Shown: positions 29,026-39,202 of the stretch, piece by piece
How positions within the stretch are numbered: position 1 is the first letter of the stretch
Layout: the number at the start of each line of letters is the position of its first letter
Assembly: GCA_964291495.2 (NCBI GenBank)
Contig: OZ219871.1
Span: forward strand, 64,001 to 128,000
Direction: 5' to 3'
DNA from: Dehalococcoidia bacterium
Lineage (GTDB): Bacteria; Chloroflexota; Dehalococcoidia; UBA2979
Length of the DNA stretch: 64,000 nucleotides
Notes under the pieces: model-generated
What the model was told of the DNA's origin: nothing
The model's input: only the letters and a program-made list of their open reading frames with translations
Databases searched by the model: none
Translations under genes and position numbers: made by a program

Positions 29026-29208
29026 GGCCGCGCTGGCGCGCGGCGACCCCTCACCCTCCGCCCTCTCCCGCAAGGGGAGAGGGGACCGGATCCCCTTCCG
29101 TCATTCCGGCGGAAGCCGGAATCCAGCTGGGGCAGCGATCGGTTGGTGCGCCCTCGGAGGCTCGGCGAGCGGCTCCCTCACCCCCGCCCTTCCCTCAGGG
29201 AGAGGGGG
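29026..29208. repeat. REP-like cluster: two CCCTCACCC/GGGAGAGGG units plus a CGTC-type palindrome
   Basis: Units ~29026-29091 and 29175-29208; CGTCATTCCGGCGGAAGCCGGAATCCAG at 29099-29126. Confidence 0.85.
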
Positions 29209-29218
29209 CCGAGCGCGG

Positions 29219-30292
29219 TCAGTCGAGGAGGGCGTTGGCGACGGTGCGCAGCGCCTCGCCGGCGCCGCCGAAGCGCAGCGAGGCCTCCTTGCCACGGATC
29301 GTGTGGAAGTAGAGGTCGTACTCCGTGATGAAGCCGATGCCGCCATGCAGCAGGTGGCAGTCCTGCGTCACCTGCGCCACCGTCTGCGCCGTCACTGCCT
29401 TCACGACCGCGATCTGCTCCGGATCCTCGCTGCCCTCGCCGAAGTGCCAGAGCAGCTCATGAACCAGGAAGTTGCTCGCCTGCACCCGCGTCGCGAGGTC
29501 CGCGAGCCGCATCTGCACCGCCTGGAACGACCCGATCGGCCGCCCGAACTGCACCCGCGTCTGCACGTAGTCGACCGTCATGTCGAGCGCTCGCTGCGCG
29601 TGCGCGTACGACTCCAGCGAGGCCAGCGCCGAGCCGAGCCGCCGCAGATCCTCGACCGCCGCCTCGCCCTCGATCCAGGCGTCGGCCCGTGCGCCGGCGT
29701 AGGCGACGATCGCCTGCGGCGTCTTGCCGATGCTCACGAGGTCCTGCTCGATGCTGACGCCCTCGGCGCCGACCGGGACGATCGCGAGGCCGGGCGCGCC
29801 GTTGCGGCTAGCCGCCACGAGGTGCAGGTCGCTGCTGCGCGCGTACTCGACGAAGCGCTTCTCGCCGCTGACTGCACTGTCCTCGTAGCTCGTCGCCAGA
29901 TCGCGCAGCTCGCCGTGGCCCTCGGCGAGGGCGATCGCGACCGTCGCGCCCTCGGCGATGCGGGGCAGCAACTCGGCCTGCAGCGCCTCGTCGCCGTGGC
30001 GCTGCACCACGAGCGCGGCGAGGGCGGTCGGGACGAAGGGCGTGAGGACGGCGTGGCGGCTGAGTTGCTCGACGATCACGGCGAGGTCGAGCAGCGAGCC
30101 GCCCTGGCCGCCGTGTTCCTCGTCGATCGCGAGGCCGGTCCAGCCGAGGTCGACGAGCGTCGACCACAGCGCGCTGTCCGGCTCGCCGGCCTGCTCGATC
30201 TCGCGGACGCGGTCGGCGGGCGCCTCACTCGCGAGGACGTCCTCAGCGTTGCTGCGCAGCAGCTCCTGAAGGTCGGTCCGTTGCAGGTCCAA
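29219..30292 (-). CDS. Acyl-CoA dehydrogenase, short partner subunit (FadE27/28-like)
   Basis: LW..L..LGW, R.QFGRPIGSFQAVQ, HGGIG...EYDL. Confidence 0.9.
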   Translation of the reverse strand: MDLQRTDLQELLRSNAEDVLASEAPADRVREIEQAGEPDSALWSTLVDLGWTGLAIDEEHGGQGGSLLDLAVIVEQLSRHAVLTPFVPTALAALVVQRHGDEALQAELLPRIAEGATVAIALAEGHGELRDLATSYEDSAVSGEKRFVEYARSSDLHLVAASRNGAPGLAIVPVGAEGVSIEQDLVSIGKTPQAIVAYAGARADAWIEGEAAVEDLRRLGSALASLESYAHAQRALDMTVDYVQTRVQFGRPIGSFQAVQMRLADLATRVQASNFLVHELLWHFGEGSEDPEQIAVVKAVTAQTVAQVTQDCHLLHGGIGFITEYDLYFHTIRGKEASLRFGGAGEALRTVANALLD

Positions 30293-30319
30293 GCTCGGCC
30301 TCTCGCCGCGCGGCGCCGG

Positions 30320-30637
30320 CTAGTCGCGACTGTAGGAAGCCGCTATCCGCCGCTCAATCCAACGCACCAGCCGCAGCGCCCCGACGGCGCCCAGCAGGCC
30401 CCCGCCGATGAACAAGCCACTGCTGGTCTCAACCAGCACCCGGCCCAGCGTAGCCTCGAGAGACGGCCTCGTATCGACGACCGTCCAGGCGCCGAGCCAA
30501 TACGCTATCGCGCCCAGGATCAGCACTGCGATGAACCCCGCCACCAGGTACGGCGTGCTGGTCAGGAGTTCGCCAAGGCCAGAGCCCATGCCGTCTCCGT
30601 TCATGCCTGCGTCCCCGTCATCTGTTGCTTCCGCCAT
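30320..30637 (-). CDS. Small hypothetical membrane protein (lower GC)
   Basis: Two hydrophobic segments, GGAGG RBS, atypical codon usage. Confidence 0.5.
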   Translation of the reverse strand: MAEATDDGDAGMNGDGMGSGLGELLTSTPYLVAGFIAVLILGAIAYWLGAWTVVDTRPSLEATLGRVLVETSSGLFIGGGLLGAVGALRLVRWIERRIAASYSRD

Positions 30638-30720
30638 CGTAACCTCCCACGTAGGCGTATCACTGTCGTTCGTGACTGTAGCACAGCGCCAGTGACGGCC
30701 AGTCCCTACGTGCGCTGCCG

Positions 30721-31890
30721 CTAGCCGCGCGGCAGGCTGAGGCCGCGCGTGGCGATGATCTGGCGCTGCACGTCGTTCGTGCCGCCCCCGAAACGTGTCG
30801 CCGGCGCGCCGCGCCAGCGCTCCTCGAAGTCACCTCGGAGGGGCGCGACCGGGCCGCTCGCACCCTGCAGCGCGCCCTCCCAGCCGAGCAGGTCCATCGC
30901 CAGGTTACTGACGCGCTCCTTCATGTCGGTCGACCAGACCTTCGTCATCGAGGCCTCCATCGTCGGCGTGTGGCCGCCGTCGATGATCGCCGCGTTGGTC
31001 GTCGCGAGCGCCCTCGCGATCTCGTAGTCGAGCTTCGTCTCGGCCAGCTTCGTGCGCACGATCGGGTCGTCGCGCAGCTCGCTGCGCTCCTCGCGCACGT
31101 AGTCGACCATCAGGTCGAGCACGCGCTTGATCGGCGCGTAGGGGCCGATCGTGACGCGCTCGAGGTCGAGCGCGTTCATGATCGTGTACCAGCCGCGGTT
31201 CTCCTCGCCGACGATCGAGTCGGCGGGGATGCGCACGTCCTCGTAGAAGGTTTCGTTGGTGCGGCCGCCGCCCATCGTCCAGAGCGGGCGCACGGTGATG
31301 CCCGGCGTGTCCATGGGGAAGACGAAGACGGAGATGCCGCGGTGCTTGGGCGCCTCGGGGTCCGTGCGAGCCGCCATGAAGAGGTGGCTCGCGTTGTGCG
31401 CCGCCGAGGTGTAGATCTTCTGGCCGTTGATCACCCACTCGTCGCCGTCGCGGACGGCGCGCGTCTGCAGCGAGGCGAGGTCCGTCCCGGCGTTCGGCTC
31501 GGTGTAGCCAATCGCGAAGTTCATCTCGCCGGTCTGGATCTTCGGCAGCCACTCGCGCTTCTGGCGCTCGTTGCCGAAGCGCATGATCGTCGTGCCGACC
31601 GAGAGCACGGAGAGCGCGTCATACGGCATCCCCCAGTACTCCAGTTCCTCCTTGAGGATGAAGAGGTAGAAGGCGCCCTTGTCCTGGCCGCCGTACTCCT
31701 TCGGCCAGGCCATCGTCGAGAACCCGGCGTCGTCGAGTGCGCTGCGGAAGCGCCGCATCGCGGGGCCATAAACGTAGGTCTCGTGGTACGCCTCGAGCTC
31801 CTCGAGGAGTTCCTCGGTGCGGTGCTCGGCGATGAAGGCGCGCAGATCGTCGCGGAACTGCAGCTGCTCGTCGGTCCAGCCGTAGTGCAT
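30721..31890 (-). CDS. Acyl-CoA dehydrogenase, catalytic subunit (FadE26/29-like)
   Basis: WPKEYGG, FAIGYTEPNAGTDLASL, NGQKIYTS, LDLER, GGGTNDVQR. Confidence 0.93.
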   Translation of the reverse strand: MHYGWTDEQLQFRDDLRAFIAEHRTEELLEELEAYHETYVYGPAMRRFRSALDDAGFSTMAWPKEYGGQDKGAFYLFILKEELEYWGMPYDALSVLSVGTTIMRFGNERQKREWLPKIQTGEMNFAIGYTEPNAGTDLASLQTRAVRDGDEWVINGQKIYTSAAHNASHLFMAARTDPEAPKHRGISVFVFPMDTPGITVRPLWTMGGGRTNETFYEDVRIPADSIVGEENRGWYTIMNALDLERVTIGPYAPIKRVLDLMVDYVREERSELRDDPIVRTKLAETKLDYEIARALATTNAAIIDGGHTPTMEASMTKVWSTDMKERVSNLAMDLLGWEGALQGASGPVAPLRGDFEERWRGAPATRFGGGTNDVQRQIIATRGLSLPRG

Positions 31891-32031
31891 GCGCACGGCC
31901 CTTTCCCGATGCCCGATTGGCACGCGCATCATACGCACGCCTCACGCTGTGAACGATCCCGGCGCCGGGCGGGCGCCCCCCGTGGGCGCACGTCGCGGTA
32001 GGCTTGCCCGGAAGGCGGCGAGGAGGCAGCG

Positions 32032-33183
32032 ATGGCCGAGCAGGACGCGCCCCGGATCAGCGAGGGCCTGATCACCGAGGAGGCCCTCGATCGGCTGCGA
32101 TCGCGCCTCGGCAGCTACAACCGGCCGAGCTTCTACGGCCTCGGCCCGCTGCACGAGGAGGCGACGCGCGACAACATCCGCCACTTCGTGCGCGGCATCG
32201 GCGACCCGAACCCGCTATGGGTGGACGCCGAGTACGCGGCCTCGACGCGCTGGGGCGGGATCATCGCGCCGCCGACCTTCCTCTACAGCGTCTACTGGAC
32301 CTCGGGCCGCACGGGCGGGCTGCCGGGCGTGCACGGCTTCCACGCGGGCAACGACTGGGTCTGGCACCGACCGATCATGCTTGGCGATCGAATCACGGTG
32401 CAGGAGCAGTTCACCGGCCTCGACGAGCGGCAGGGCGAGTTCGCCGGCCGCACGATGATCCAGTCCAGCATCTCCACCTACCGCAACCAGCGAGGCGAGG
32501 TGATCGCCGAGTGCAAGGGCTGGCAGTTCCGCGCCGAGCGCCGCGCCGCGCGCGAGCGCGGCAAGTACCAGCGCGAGCCGTACGCCTACAGCGAGGACGA
32601 GCTCGTCGAGATCGAGGAGCAGATGCTCAACGAGGAGATCCGCGGCGCGACCCCTCGCTTCTGGGACGACGTCGAGATCGGCGACGAGGTGCCCGCCGTC
32701 GTGAAGGGCCCGCTCAGCCTCGGCGACATCGCCGCCTTCGAGGCGGGTTGCATCGGCGGCATGGCGCACGTCTTCTCCGTCCGCGAGTCGCGCCGTCACC
32801 CGGCGTTCTGGTACCGCGACCCGAACACGGGGGCGCTCGAGGCGGTGATCCGCGTGCACGCCGCCTCCGGGACCGCCGGCCAGGCGGGGCTCCCGATGGC
32901 CTACGACTACGGCTCGCAGCGGATGTGCTGGCTCGGCCATCCGGTGACGAACTGGATGGGCAACGACGGCTTCATGACGCGCCTCTACGGCGAGGTCCGG
33001 CGCTTCAACTACCTCGGCGACACCACCTGGCTCAAGGGCCGGGTCAGCGGCAAGCAGATCGAGGGCTCGGACCACCTCGTGGACCTCGAGTTGTGGGCGG
33101 AGAACCAGATCGGCGAGACGACAGCGAAGGGCCGCGCGCAGGTCGCGCTGCCCACGCGCGCCCCCGGCTGGGAGGGCTTCTAA
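32032..33183 (+). CDS. Double-hotdog MaoC/FAS1-like dehydratase
   Basis: IRHF..GIGD.NPLW, IAPPTF, LPGVH, WDDVEIGDE, YDYG.QR. Confidence 0.88.
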   Translation: MAEQDAPRISEGLITEEALDRLRSRLGSYNRPSFYGLGPLHEEATRDNIRHFVRGIGDPNPLWVDAEYAASTRWGGIIAPPTFLYSVYWTSGRTGGLPGVHGFHAGNDWVWHRPIMLGDRITVQEQFTGLDERQGEFAGRTMIQSSISTYRNQRGEVIAECKGWQFRAERRAARERGKYQREPYAYSEDELVEIEEQMLNEEIRGATPRFWDDVEIGDEVPAVVKGPLSLGDIAAFEAGCIGGMAHVFSVRESRRHPAFWYRDPNTGALEAVIRVHAASGTAGQAGLPMAYDYGSQRMCWLGHPVTNWMGNDGFMTRLYGEVRRFNYLGDTTWLKGRVSGKQIEGSDHLVDLELWAENQIGETTAKGRAQVALPTRAPGWEGF

Positions 33184-33207
33184 CCCTCCGCGACGCCTTC
33201 CATGGGT

Positions 33208-33411
33208 CCCCGGGGGGTCCGGCCCCCTCTCCCCCTCGGAACCACCGGGGGCGCACCCAACTTCCAGGGGCGGTCCGGCCCCCTCTCCCCTGGCGGGAGA
33301 GGGTTGGGGGTGAGGGGGAGCGGGCGCAGCCCGCCACTCGGGGGCGCAACAACCTTCCGAGGGCGCTCGCGTGTCTGCCGAGCCTGGATTCCGGCTTTCG
33401 CCGGAATGACG
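33208..33411. repeat. REP-like cluster (G/C-run hairpin, GGGAGAGGG unit, CGTC-type palindrome)
   Basis: Unit 33279-33318; CTGGATTCCGGCTTTCGCCGGAATGACG at 33384-33411. Confidence 0.8.
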
Positions 33412-33495
33412 GGAGGGCCGCGCGAGGGCGCATCGTCGGAGGGCAGGGACTACACTCGGCGCCACTGCCCCCGACGGGGACGAGAGGAGACAGGG

Positions 33496-34317
33496 ATGCG
33501 CGAATTCCAGGACAAGGTCGCCGTCGTCACCGGCGGCTCGGGCGGCATCGGCAGCGGGATCGCGCAGCGCCTGCTCGAGGCGGGGATGCGCGTCGCCCTC
33601 GCCGACATCGACGCCGACGGCCTCAAGGAGGCGGAGCAGGCGCTCGGCCAGTACGGCACGGTGATCGGCGTGCCGACGGACGTCACGAACCGCGACAGCG
33701 TCGAGGCGCTCGCGCGGCGCGTGATCGACGAGTTCGGTGCGGTGCACGTGCTCTGCAACAACGCCGGCCTCAACTCGCGCCCCGAGCCCGCGCTCTGGGA
33801 GCTGCCCCACGAGGAGTGGCAGGCGGTGGTCGGCGTGAACTTCTGGGGCGTGCTCAACGGCATGCACGTCTTCGTGCCGCTGATGATCGAGCAGGACAGC
33901 GAGGGGCACGTCGTCAACACGGCCTCGGCGGCCGGCCTCGGATCGAGGCCGGGGATCAGCACGTATGTCGCCACGAAGGCGGCCGTGGTCGCGCTCAGCG
34001 AGTCGCTGCACCACGAGCTGCAGCGGGCGGGCTCGAAACTGCGCGCCTCGGTGCTCTGCCCCGGCCGCATCCGCACCCCCGTGCAGATGGGCGGCTACCA
34101 GCGCCCGCGCCAGCCGCGCAGCGCCGACCAGCTCGACGACCAGGGCCGCCGCATGCTGCCCACCGAGGTCGGCGACCTCGTCGTCGCCGCGATCCGCGAG
34201 GAGCGCTTCTACATCCTCACCCACCCCGAGGCGATCAAGGAGCGGGTGCGCAGCCGCGCTGACGACCTGCTGCTCGACCGCCTCCCCACCTACTCGCCCT
34301 CGATCCGCTCCGACTAG
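33496..34317 (+). CDS. SDR family oxidoreductase
   Basis: TGGSGGIG, NNAG, NTAS, YVATK; start refined to MREFQDK. Confidence 0.93.
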   Translation: MREFQDKVAVVTGGSGGIGSGIAQRLLEAGMRVALADIDADGLKEAEQALGQYGTVIGVPTDVTNRDSVEALARRVIDEFGAVHVLCNNAGLNSRPEPALWELPHEEWQAVVGVNFWGVLNGMHVFVPLMIEQDSEGHVVNTASAAGLGSRPGISTYVATKAAVVALSESLHHELQRAGSKLRASVLCPGRIRTPVQMGGYQRPRQPRSADQLDDQGRRMLPTEVGDLVVAAIREERFYILTHPEAIKERVRSRADDLLLDRLPTYSPSIRSD

Positions 34318-34331
34318 CCGAGGAGGCCGCC

Positions 34332-35261
34332 GTGGAGCACCCCACACCCGTCGCGATCGTCACCGGCGCCAGCCGCGGGATCGGCAAGGCCTGCGCGATC
34401 GCCCTCGCCGAGGCCGGCTACGACCTCGCCGTCGCCGCCCGCACGCTGGAGCCCGGCGAGCCGCAGGAGATGTCCGAGTCGGTGACGGGCTCCGACGTCC
34501 GCCCCGTCCCCGGCACGAGCCTCGCCGAGACCGTCGAGGAGATCGAGGCGATTGGTCGACGCGCGCTCGCCGTGCGCGTCGACCTGCTCGAGCAGGGCGA
34601 CATGGACGTCCTCGTGGAGCGCACGATCGAGGAGTTCGGCCGCATCGACGTGCTGGTCAACAACGCGCGCTGGGTGGGGCGCGGCTTCAAGGATCCGTTC
34701 CTGCTCACGCCCTACGAGGTCTTCGACCTCTCGCTGCGCGTGAACGCGCTCGCGCCGCTCTACCTGCTCACGAGGGTCGTCCCCGTCATGGTCGAGCAGG
34801 GCGGCGGGGTCGTCGTCCACATCAGCTCCCGCAACGGCATCGTCGAGTCCTCGAAGATGCCGTCGAGCGATTGGACGGGGCGGCCGGGGCTCTCGTACGC
34901 GGTCAGCAAGGCGGCCTTCAACCGCATTGCCCCGGGCCTCGCCAAGGAGGTCGCCGAGCACAACGTCGCGATCGTCAACCTCGAGCCGGGCGACGTGGGC
35001 GTGGAGCGCAAGGCGGTCCAGCGCGGCGATGCCTTCGACCCGGCGAACCACGACTCGGCGCTCGCGGCCGGGCGCAGCTGCGCCCACATCGCGAGCTCGC
35101 CGCACCCGATGTACTACTCCGGCCTCACGGTCTTCGCGCCCGAGTTCGCCGTCGAACGCGGGCTGATCGAGCTCGACGACATGGCAGCCGGCCGGCCGGA
35201 GCGCTGGGGCCAGCCCGGCCGCGTGATGGCGACGTACAGCGGCCTCGTGGAGACGATTTAG
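34332..35261 (+). CDS. SDR family oxidoreductase
   Basis: TGASRGIG, VNNA, YAVSK. Confidence 0.92.
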   Translation: MEHPTPVAIVTGASRGIGKACAIALAEAGYDLAVAARTLEPGEPQEMSESVTGSDVRPVPGTSLAETVEEIEAIGRRALAVRVDLLEQGDMDVLVERTIEEFGRIDVLVNNARWVGRGFKDPFLLTPYEVFDLSLRVNALAPLYLLTRVVPVMVEQGGGVVVHISSRNGIVESSKMPSSDWTGRPGLSYAVSKAAFNRIAPGLAKEVAEHNVAIVNLEPGDVGVERKAVQRGDAFDPANHDSALAAGRSCAHIASSPHPMYYSGLTVFAPEFAVERGLIELDDMAAGRPERWGQPGRVMATYSGLVETI

Positions 35262-35263
35262 CC

Positions 35264-35857
35264 ATGAAACCAATCGAGGACGCGGGCGAGTTGTTCCGGC
35301 GCCAGCGCGCCGTCCGCGCCTGGTCCGACCGCGAGGTCGACGACGAGACCGTGCGCGCGGTGTTGCAGGCCGCGATCCACGCGCCCTCCGGCTCCAACAC
35401 GCAGCCGTGGAGCTTCATCGTCGTGCGGGACCCGGAGCAGAAGGCGCGAATCCGCGAGGTCTACGACCGCGCGCGCGAGGACATCTACCGCATCGCGCAG
35501 GTCGCGCAGGTCTCGCCCAACGACGAGCGCATGCCGCTCGACGCCGCCCCGGTGCTGATCGTCGCCTGCGTCTCGACTCCACCGTCGGGGCAGGCCGGGT
35601 TCCAGACGGGGGCCTCGATCTACCCGGCCTGCCAGAACCTGATGCTCGCCGCGCGCGCGCTCGGCCTCGGGACCGTGCTGACCACCCTGCACCGCCGCCG
35701 CAAGGAGGAGATGCACGAGGTGCTCGACATCCCCGAGGGCATCGAGAGCGCCGCGATCATCCCGCTCGGCTGGCCGACCCGTGACTACGGCCCGAACCGC
35801 CGCGCCCCCCTCGACGAGGTCGTGATGCACGAGCGCTGGACCGCCTCGGAGGACTAG
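35264..35857 (+). CDS. Nitroreductase family protein
   Basis: RAVR, APSGSNTQPWSF, QNLMLAARALGLG. Confidence 0.92.
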   Translation: MKPIEDAGELFRRQRAVRAWSDREVDDETVRAVLQAAIHAPSGSNTQPWSFIVVRDPEQKARIREVYDRAREDIYRIAQVAQVSPNDERMPLDAAPVLIVACVSTPPSGQAGFQTGASIYPACQNLMLAARALGLGTVLTTLHRRRKEEMHEVLDIPEGIESAAIIPLGWPTRDYGPNRRAPLDEVVMHERWTASED

Positions 35858-36081
35858 GGGGCGGCGTCCTTCGGGTCGGCCGCGTCGACCCAGAAGCGCT
35901 GGCCGCAGCCGCGCGCGCAGATCAGCATCGAGCCCTGGCCCTGCGGATCCTGCATCGTGACGAGCGCGCCCTCGTCGCAGGTCGGGCAGACCAGATACGG
36001 GTTCCCGAACCAGCCGACCTCGATGCGCTCTGGCATCTCCCGGAGGTAGACGATCGGCGTCTGGACGTGTTCACCGGTCAT
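35854..36081 (-). CDS. Small Zn-ribbon hypothetical protein
   Basis: CPTC and CARGC, host-like codons. Confidence 0.5.
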   Translation of the reverse strand: MTGEHVQTPIVYLREMPERIEVGWFGNPYLVCPTCDEGALVTMQDPQGQGSMLICARGCGQRFWVDAADPKDAAP

Positions 36082-36206
36082 GCGCGCGCCCCGCGCGCAC
36101 ACTGGCCCGCAGCCCGCGGCCTCGTCAAGACGGCGCTCCGCTATCATCCGCTGCGCCTCGGCACACCGCCGGGCTGCGAGACGGGTTGCACGAAACGGAG
36201 AGAGCG

Positions 36207-37079
36207 ATGGCCGACGGACGCTTTGTCACCTACGAGACGCTGCACGAGGGCCGCATCGCCCGCATCTGGCTCAACCGCCCCGATGCGCGCAACGCGCAGA
36301 ACTACGGCCTGCTCGGCGAGCTGGACGAGGCGTTCCTGCGCGCCGAGGCGGACGACGACGTGCGCGTCGTGATCCTCGGCGGGCTTGGCCCGGCCTTCTC
36401 GGCCGGGCACGACCTCGGAACTCCGGAGCGCCTCGCCGAGAACGAGGCGATGCTCGCGGCCACGGACCGCCGAGGCACGGAGGAGCGCTGGCTGCGCGAC
36501 TTCCGGCACTACTTCGAGAACACGCGCCGCTGGCGCGACCTGCGCAAGATCACGATCGCCCAGGTGCACGGCTACTGCATCTCCGCCGGGCTGATGCTCG
36601 CCTGGTGCTGCGACCTGATCTGCGCCTCGGACGACGCGGTGTTCGCGGACCTCGTCGGGACGCGGCTCGGGGTGTGCGGCCCCGGGTACTTCGCGCACCC
36701 CTGGGAGCTGGGACCGCGCAAGGCAAAGGAGCTGCTGCTGACCGGCGACTCGATCGACGCGAACGAGGCCTACCGGCTCGGCATGGTGAACAAGGTCTTC
36801 GCGCGCGACGTGCTGGAGGAGGAGACGCTGAACCTCGCCACGCGCATCGCCGAGGTGCCCTCGTTCGCCGCGCTGCTGATCAAGGAGTCGGTCAATCAGA
36901 CACAGGACGCGCAGGGTTTCTACACCGCGCTCAAGGCCTGCTTCAGCATCCACGAGGCGAACCACGCCCACTGGGCCGAGGTCACGAAGGGCGCCGCCGC
37001 GATTGGCACGCCCGAGTTCGGCGTCAGCGGCGAGCGCCGCCCGATCCGTCAGGCCGAGCGCAGCAGCAGCGGGCTGTAG
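36207..37079 (+). CDS. Enoyl-CoA hydratase/crotonase family
   Basis: LNRPDARNAQ, FSAGHDLG, IAQVHG, HPWELGPRKAKE. Confidence 0.92.
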   Translation: MADGRFVTYETLHEGRIARIWLNRPDARNAQNYGLLGELDEAFLRAEADDDVRVVILGGLGPAFSAGHDLGTPERLAENEAMLAATDRRGTEERWLRDFRHYFENTRRWRDLRKITIAQVHGYCISAGLMLAWCCDLICASDDAVFADLVGTRLGVCGPGYFAHPWELGPRKAKELLLTGDSIDANEAYRLGMVNKVFARDVLEEETLNLATRIAEVPSFAALLIKESVNQTQDAQGFYTALKACFSIHEANHAHWAEVTKGAAAIGTPEFGVSGERRPIRQAERSSSGL

Positions 37080-37081
37080 GT

Positions 37082-39175
37082 CTGGCCGCCACGCGCGCCG
37101 GAGACGCCCGCGAGGGACGCCCGTCCGTCCTGATCGCCGGGCGCACGCCCGCCCTCGAGTGGGCGGCGCTGCACCTCCGCCGCGCCGGCTTCGAGCCGCG
37201 CCCGCTGGAGCGCGGCGACAGCCCGCCGCCGGCCGCCGCCCTGCTCGCCGACCTCGACGACGAGGCATGGCGCGGACGCGACCATGAGGCGGCCCGCGCC
37301 GCCGAGGCTGCGGGCTGCCCGCTGGTCCTGCTCTCCTCGTTCGGCCGCCAGCCGGGCGCGCGCACAGGCAGCGACCTGACGGTCTCCGCCGCCGCTGGCT
37401 TGCTGCATGTGACGGGAACGCCCTCGGACCCGGATCAGCGGCCTGCCGTGCTCTCGCCGCACCAGGCCGACGCGCTCGCCGGCTCGTTCGCGGCGCTCTG
37501 GATCGGCGCGCTGGCGCTCAGCGGGGCGACGTCCGGGGTAACGGAGCTGACGAAGCTGGAGTGTCTCGCGATCGCGACGTCGTGGGCGGCGGTCCAGTGG
37601 CTCTACACGGGCGAGGCGCCCTCGAGGCTCGGCGTCTCCGTCTACCAGCCGTCGGGGGTCTTCGAGGCGAAGGACGGCCCCGTCTACACGATCATCGTGC
37701 GGGACGAGCAGTGGGCGCGCCTGCGGCAGGCGATGGGCGACCCGGAGTGGGCGAGCTGGGAGATCTTCGGTAGCCAGCGGGGCCGCCTCGACGGCGTCGA
37801 GCTGCTGGCCCCGCGCATCGCCGCCTGGCTGGCGCAACACACGCGCGAGGAGATCCTCGAGCTTTCGCTGCGCCATCGGCTGCCGTTCGCGCTCGCCAAC
37901 CGCCCCGACCAGGCCGCCGCGCTGCAGGAGCAACTCGACGGCGAGCCGGACCACGCCCGGTGGCTCTACCGCACCACCCCGGGGCCGGAGAGTGACGCGC
38001 CCACGCGCGAGGCCGCCGAGGCGCGCGCCGCCCGCACAGCTCGCGATCCGCAACGCCCGCTCGCGGGCATGCTCGTGATCGACGTCAGCTCGGTCTGGGC
38101 CACGCCCTACGTGGGGCAGCTGCTCGGCCAGCTCGGCGCACGCGTGATCAAGATCGAGTCGCGACGCCGCCTCGACGACGTGCGGCCGATCATGACCTAC
38201 TTCGACCCGCACGCCGAGGGCGAGGCCGACTGGGACCGCTCCGGCGGCTTCCGCGAGGTCAACCGCGGCAAGGAGAGCGTGCTGCTCGACCTCACGACCG
38301 CCGAGGGCCGCGCGCTGCTCCACAGGCTGGTCGCGCGGGCGGACGTGCTGCTCTCCAACCTCACGCCCGGCGCGGAGCGCGCACGCCGCCTCGGGCTGCA
38401 CGAGGACCAGCTGTGGGCTGCAAATCCCGGCCTCGTCATCGGTCGGCTCTCCGCGTACCAGCCCGGTAGTCACCTCGAGGGCATGACGGGCTACGGCTAC
38501 GGGATGCTCCTGATGTGTGGCTTTGGCTACGCCGGCCCGGACCGGCCCTGGAGCGACCGCAGCATCGCCTACCCGGATCCGCTCTGCGCCACCGCGCTCA
38601 CGCTCGGCCTGCTGCGCGCCCTTGAGGAGCGCGACCGCAGCGGGCGGGGCGCGCTCGTCGAGTCGACGCTGTTCGGCGTCTCGGCGGCGCTGATGCGCGA
38701 GTTCGGCGCGGAGCGCGCGACGGAGGCCGCCTACGAGGGCTGCCTGCCCTGCCAGCACGAGGAGTGGATCGCCGTCACCTGCCGGGACGCCGCCGACCTC
38801 GCCGCGGTCGCAGAGGTGCTGCACGTCGCCCTCGACGACGGCGACGCCGAGCCGGCGCTGGCCGAGGGCTCGCGGGTCTGTGACGGGCAGTCGCTGCAGG
38901 TGGCGCTGCGCCAGCGCGGCGTGATCGCGGAGCGCGTGCTCGACATGAGCGAGGTTGTGCGCTCGGGCGAGCTGACCGCCCGCGGCCAGCTGCACATCCC
39001 CGAGGGCGAGACACACCTCCACTTCGCCTCGCCGTGGGTGCATGACGGCGAGCGCATCGACGTGCGCGGTCGCGCACCCTGGCTCGGCGAGCACACCGCC
39101 TCGGTCTTTGCCGAGCTGCTCGCTATCGACGCCGAGAGGTTGCGTGACCTCGAGGCGCGGCAGGTGTCCTGGTAG
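37082..39175 (+). CDS. Fused two-domain family III CoA-transferase (BbsE/BbsF-like); start uncertain
   Basis: Degenerate N-half with HQADALAG; C-half PLAGMLVIDV, NRGKES, YPDP, APWLGEHT; no clear ATG/GTG (CTG at 37082 used). Confidence 0.8.
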   Translation: MAATRAGDAREGRPSVLIAGRTPALEWAALHLRRAGFEPRPLERGDSPPPAAALLADLDDEAWRGRDHEAARAAEAAGCPLVLLSSFGRQPGARTGSDLTVSAAAGLLHVTGTPSDPDQRPAVLSPHQADALAGSFAALWIGALALSGATSGVTELTKLECLAIATSWAAVQWLYTGEAPSRLGVSVYQPSGVFEAKDGPVYTIIVRDEQWARLRQAMGDPEWASWEIFGSQRGRLDGVELLAPRIAAWLAQHTREEILELSLRHRLPFALANRPDQAAALQEQLDGEPDHARWLYRTTPGPESDAPTREAAEARAARTARDPQRPLAGMLVIDVSSVWATPYVGQLLGQLGARVIKIESRRRLDDVRPIMTYFDPHAEGEADWDRSGGFREVNRGKESVLLDLTTAEGRALLHRLVARADVLLSNLTPGAERARRLGLHEDQLWAANPGLVIGRLSAYQPGSHLEGMTGYGYGMLLMCGFGYAGPDRPWSDRSIAYPDPLCATALTLGLLRALEERDRSGRGALVESTLFGVSAALMREFGAERATEAAYEGCLPCQHEEWIAVTCRDAADLAAVAEVLHVALDDGDAEPALAEGSRVCDGQSLQVALRQRGVIAERVLDMSEVVRSGELTARGQLHIPEGETHLHFASPWVHDGERIDVRGRAPWLGEHTASVFAELLAIDAERLRDLEARQVSW

Positions 39176-39202
39176 CGGACCGCGTCCATCGACGCGCGCC
39201 GG

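Noticed and set aside
28752-29218. Integrative element at tRNA-Gly
   Set aside because: No integrase and no duplicated tRNA 3' end seen in the window
33202-33495. N-terminal extension of the SDR in the ORF track
   Set aside because: Read-through across repeats; RBS and motif support the start at 33496
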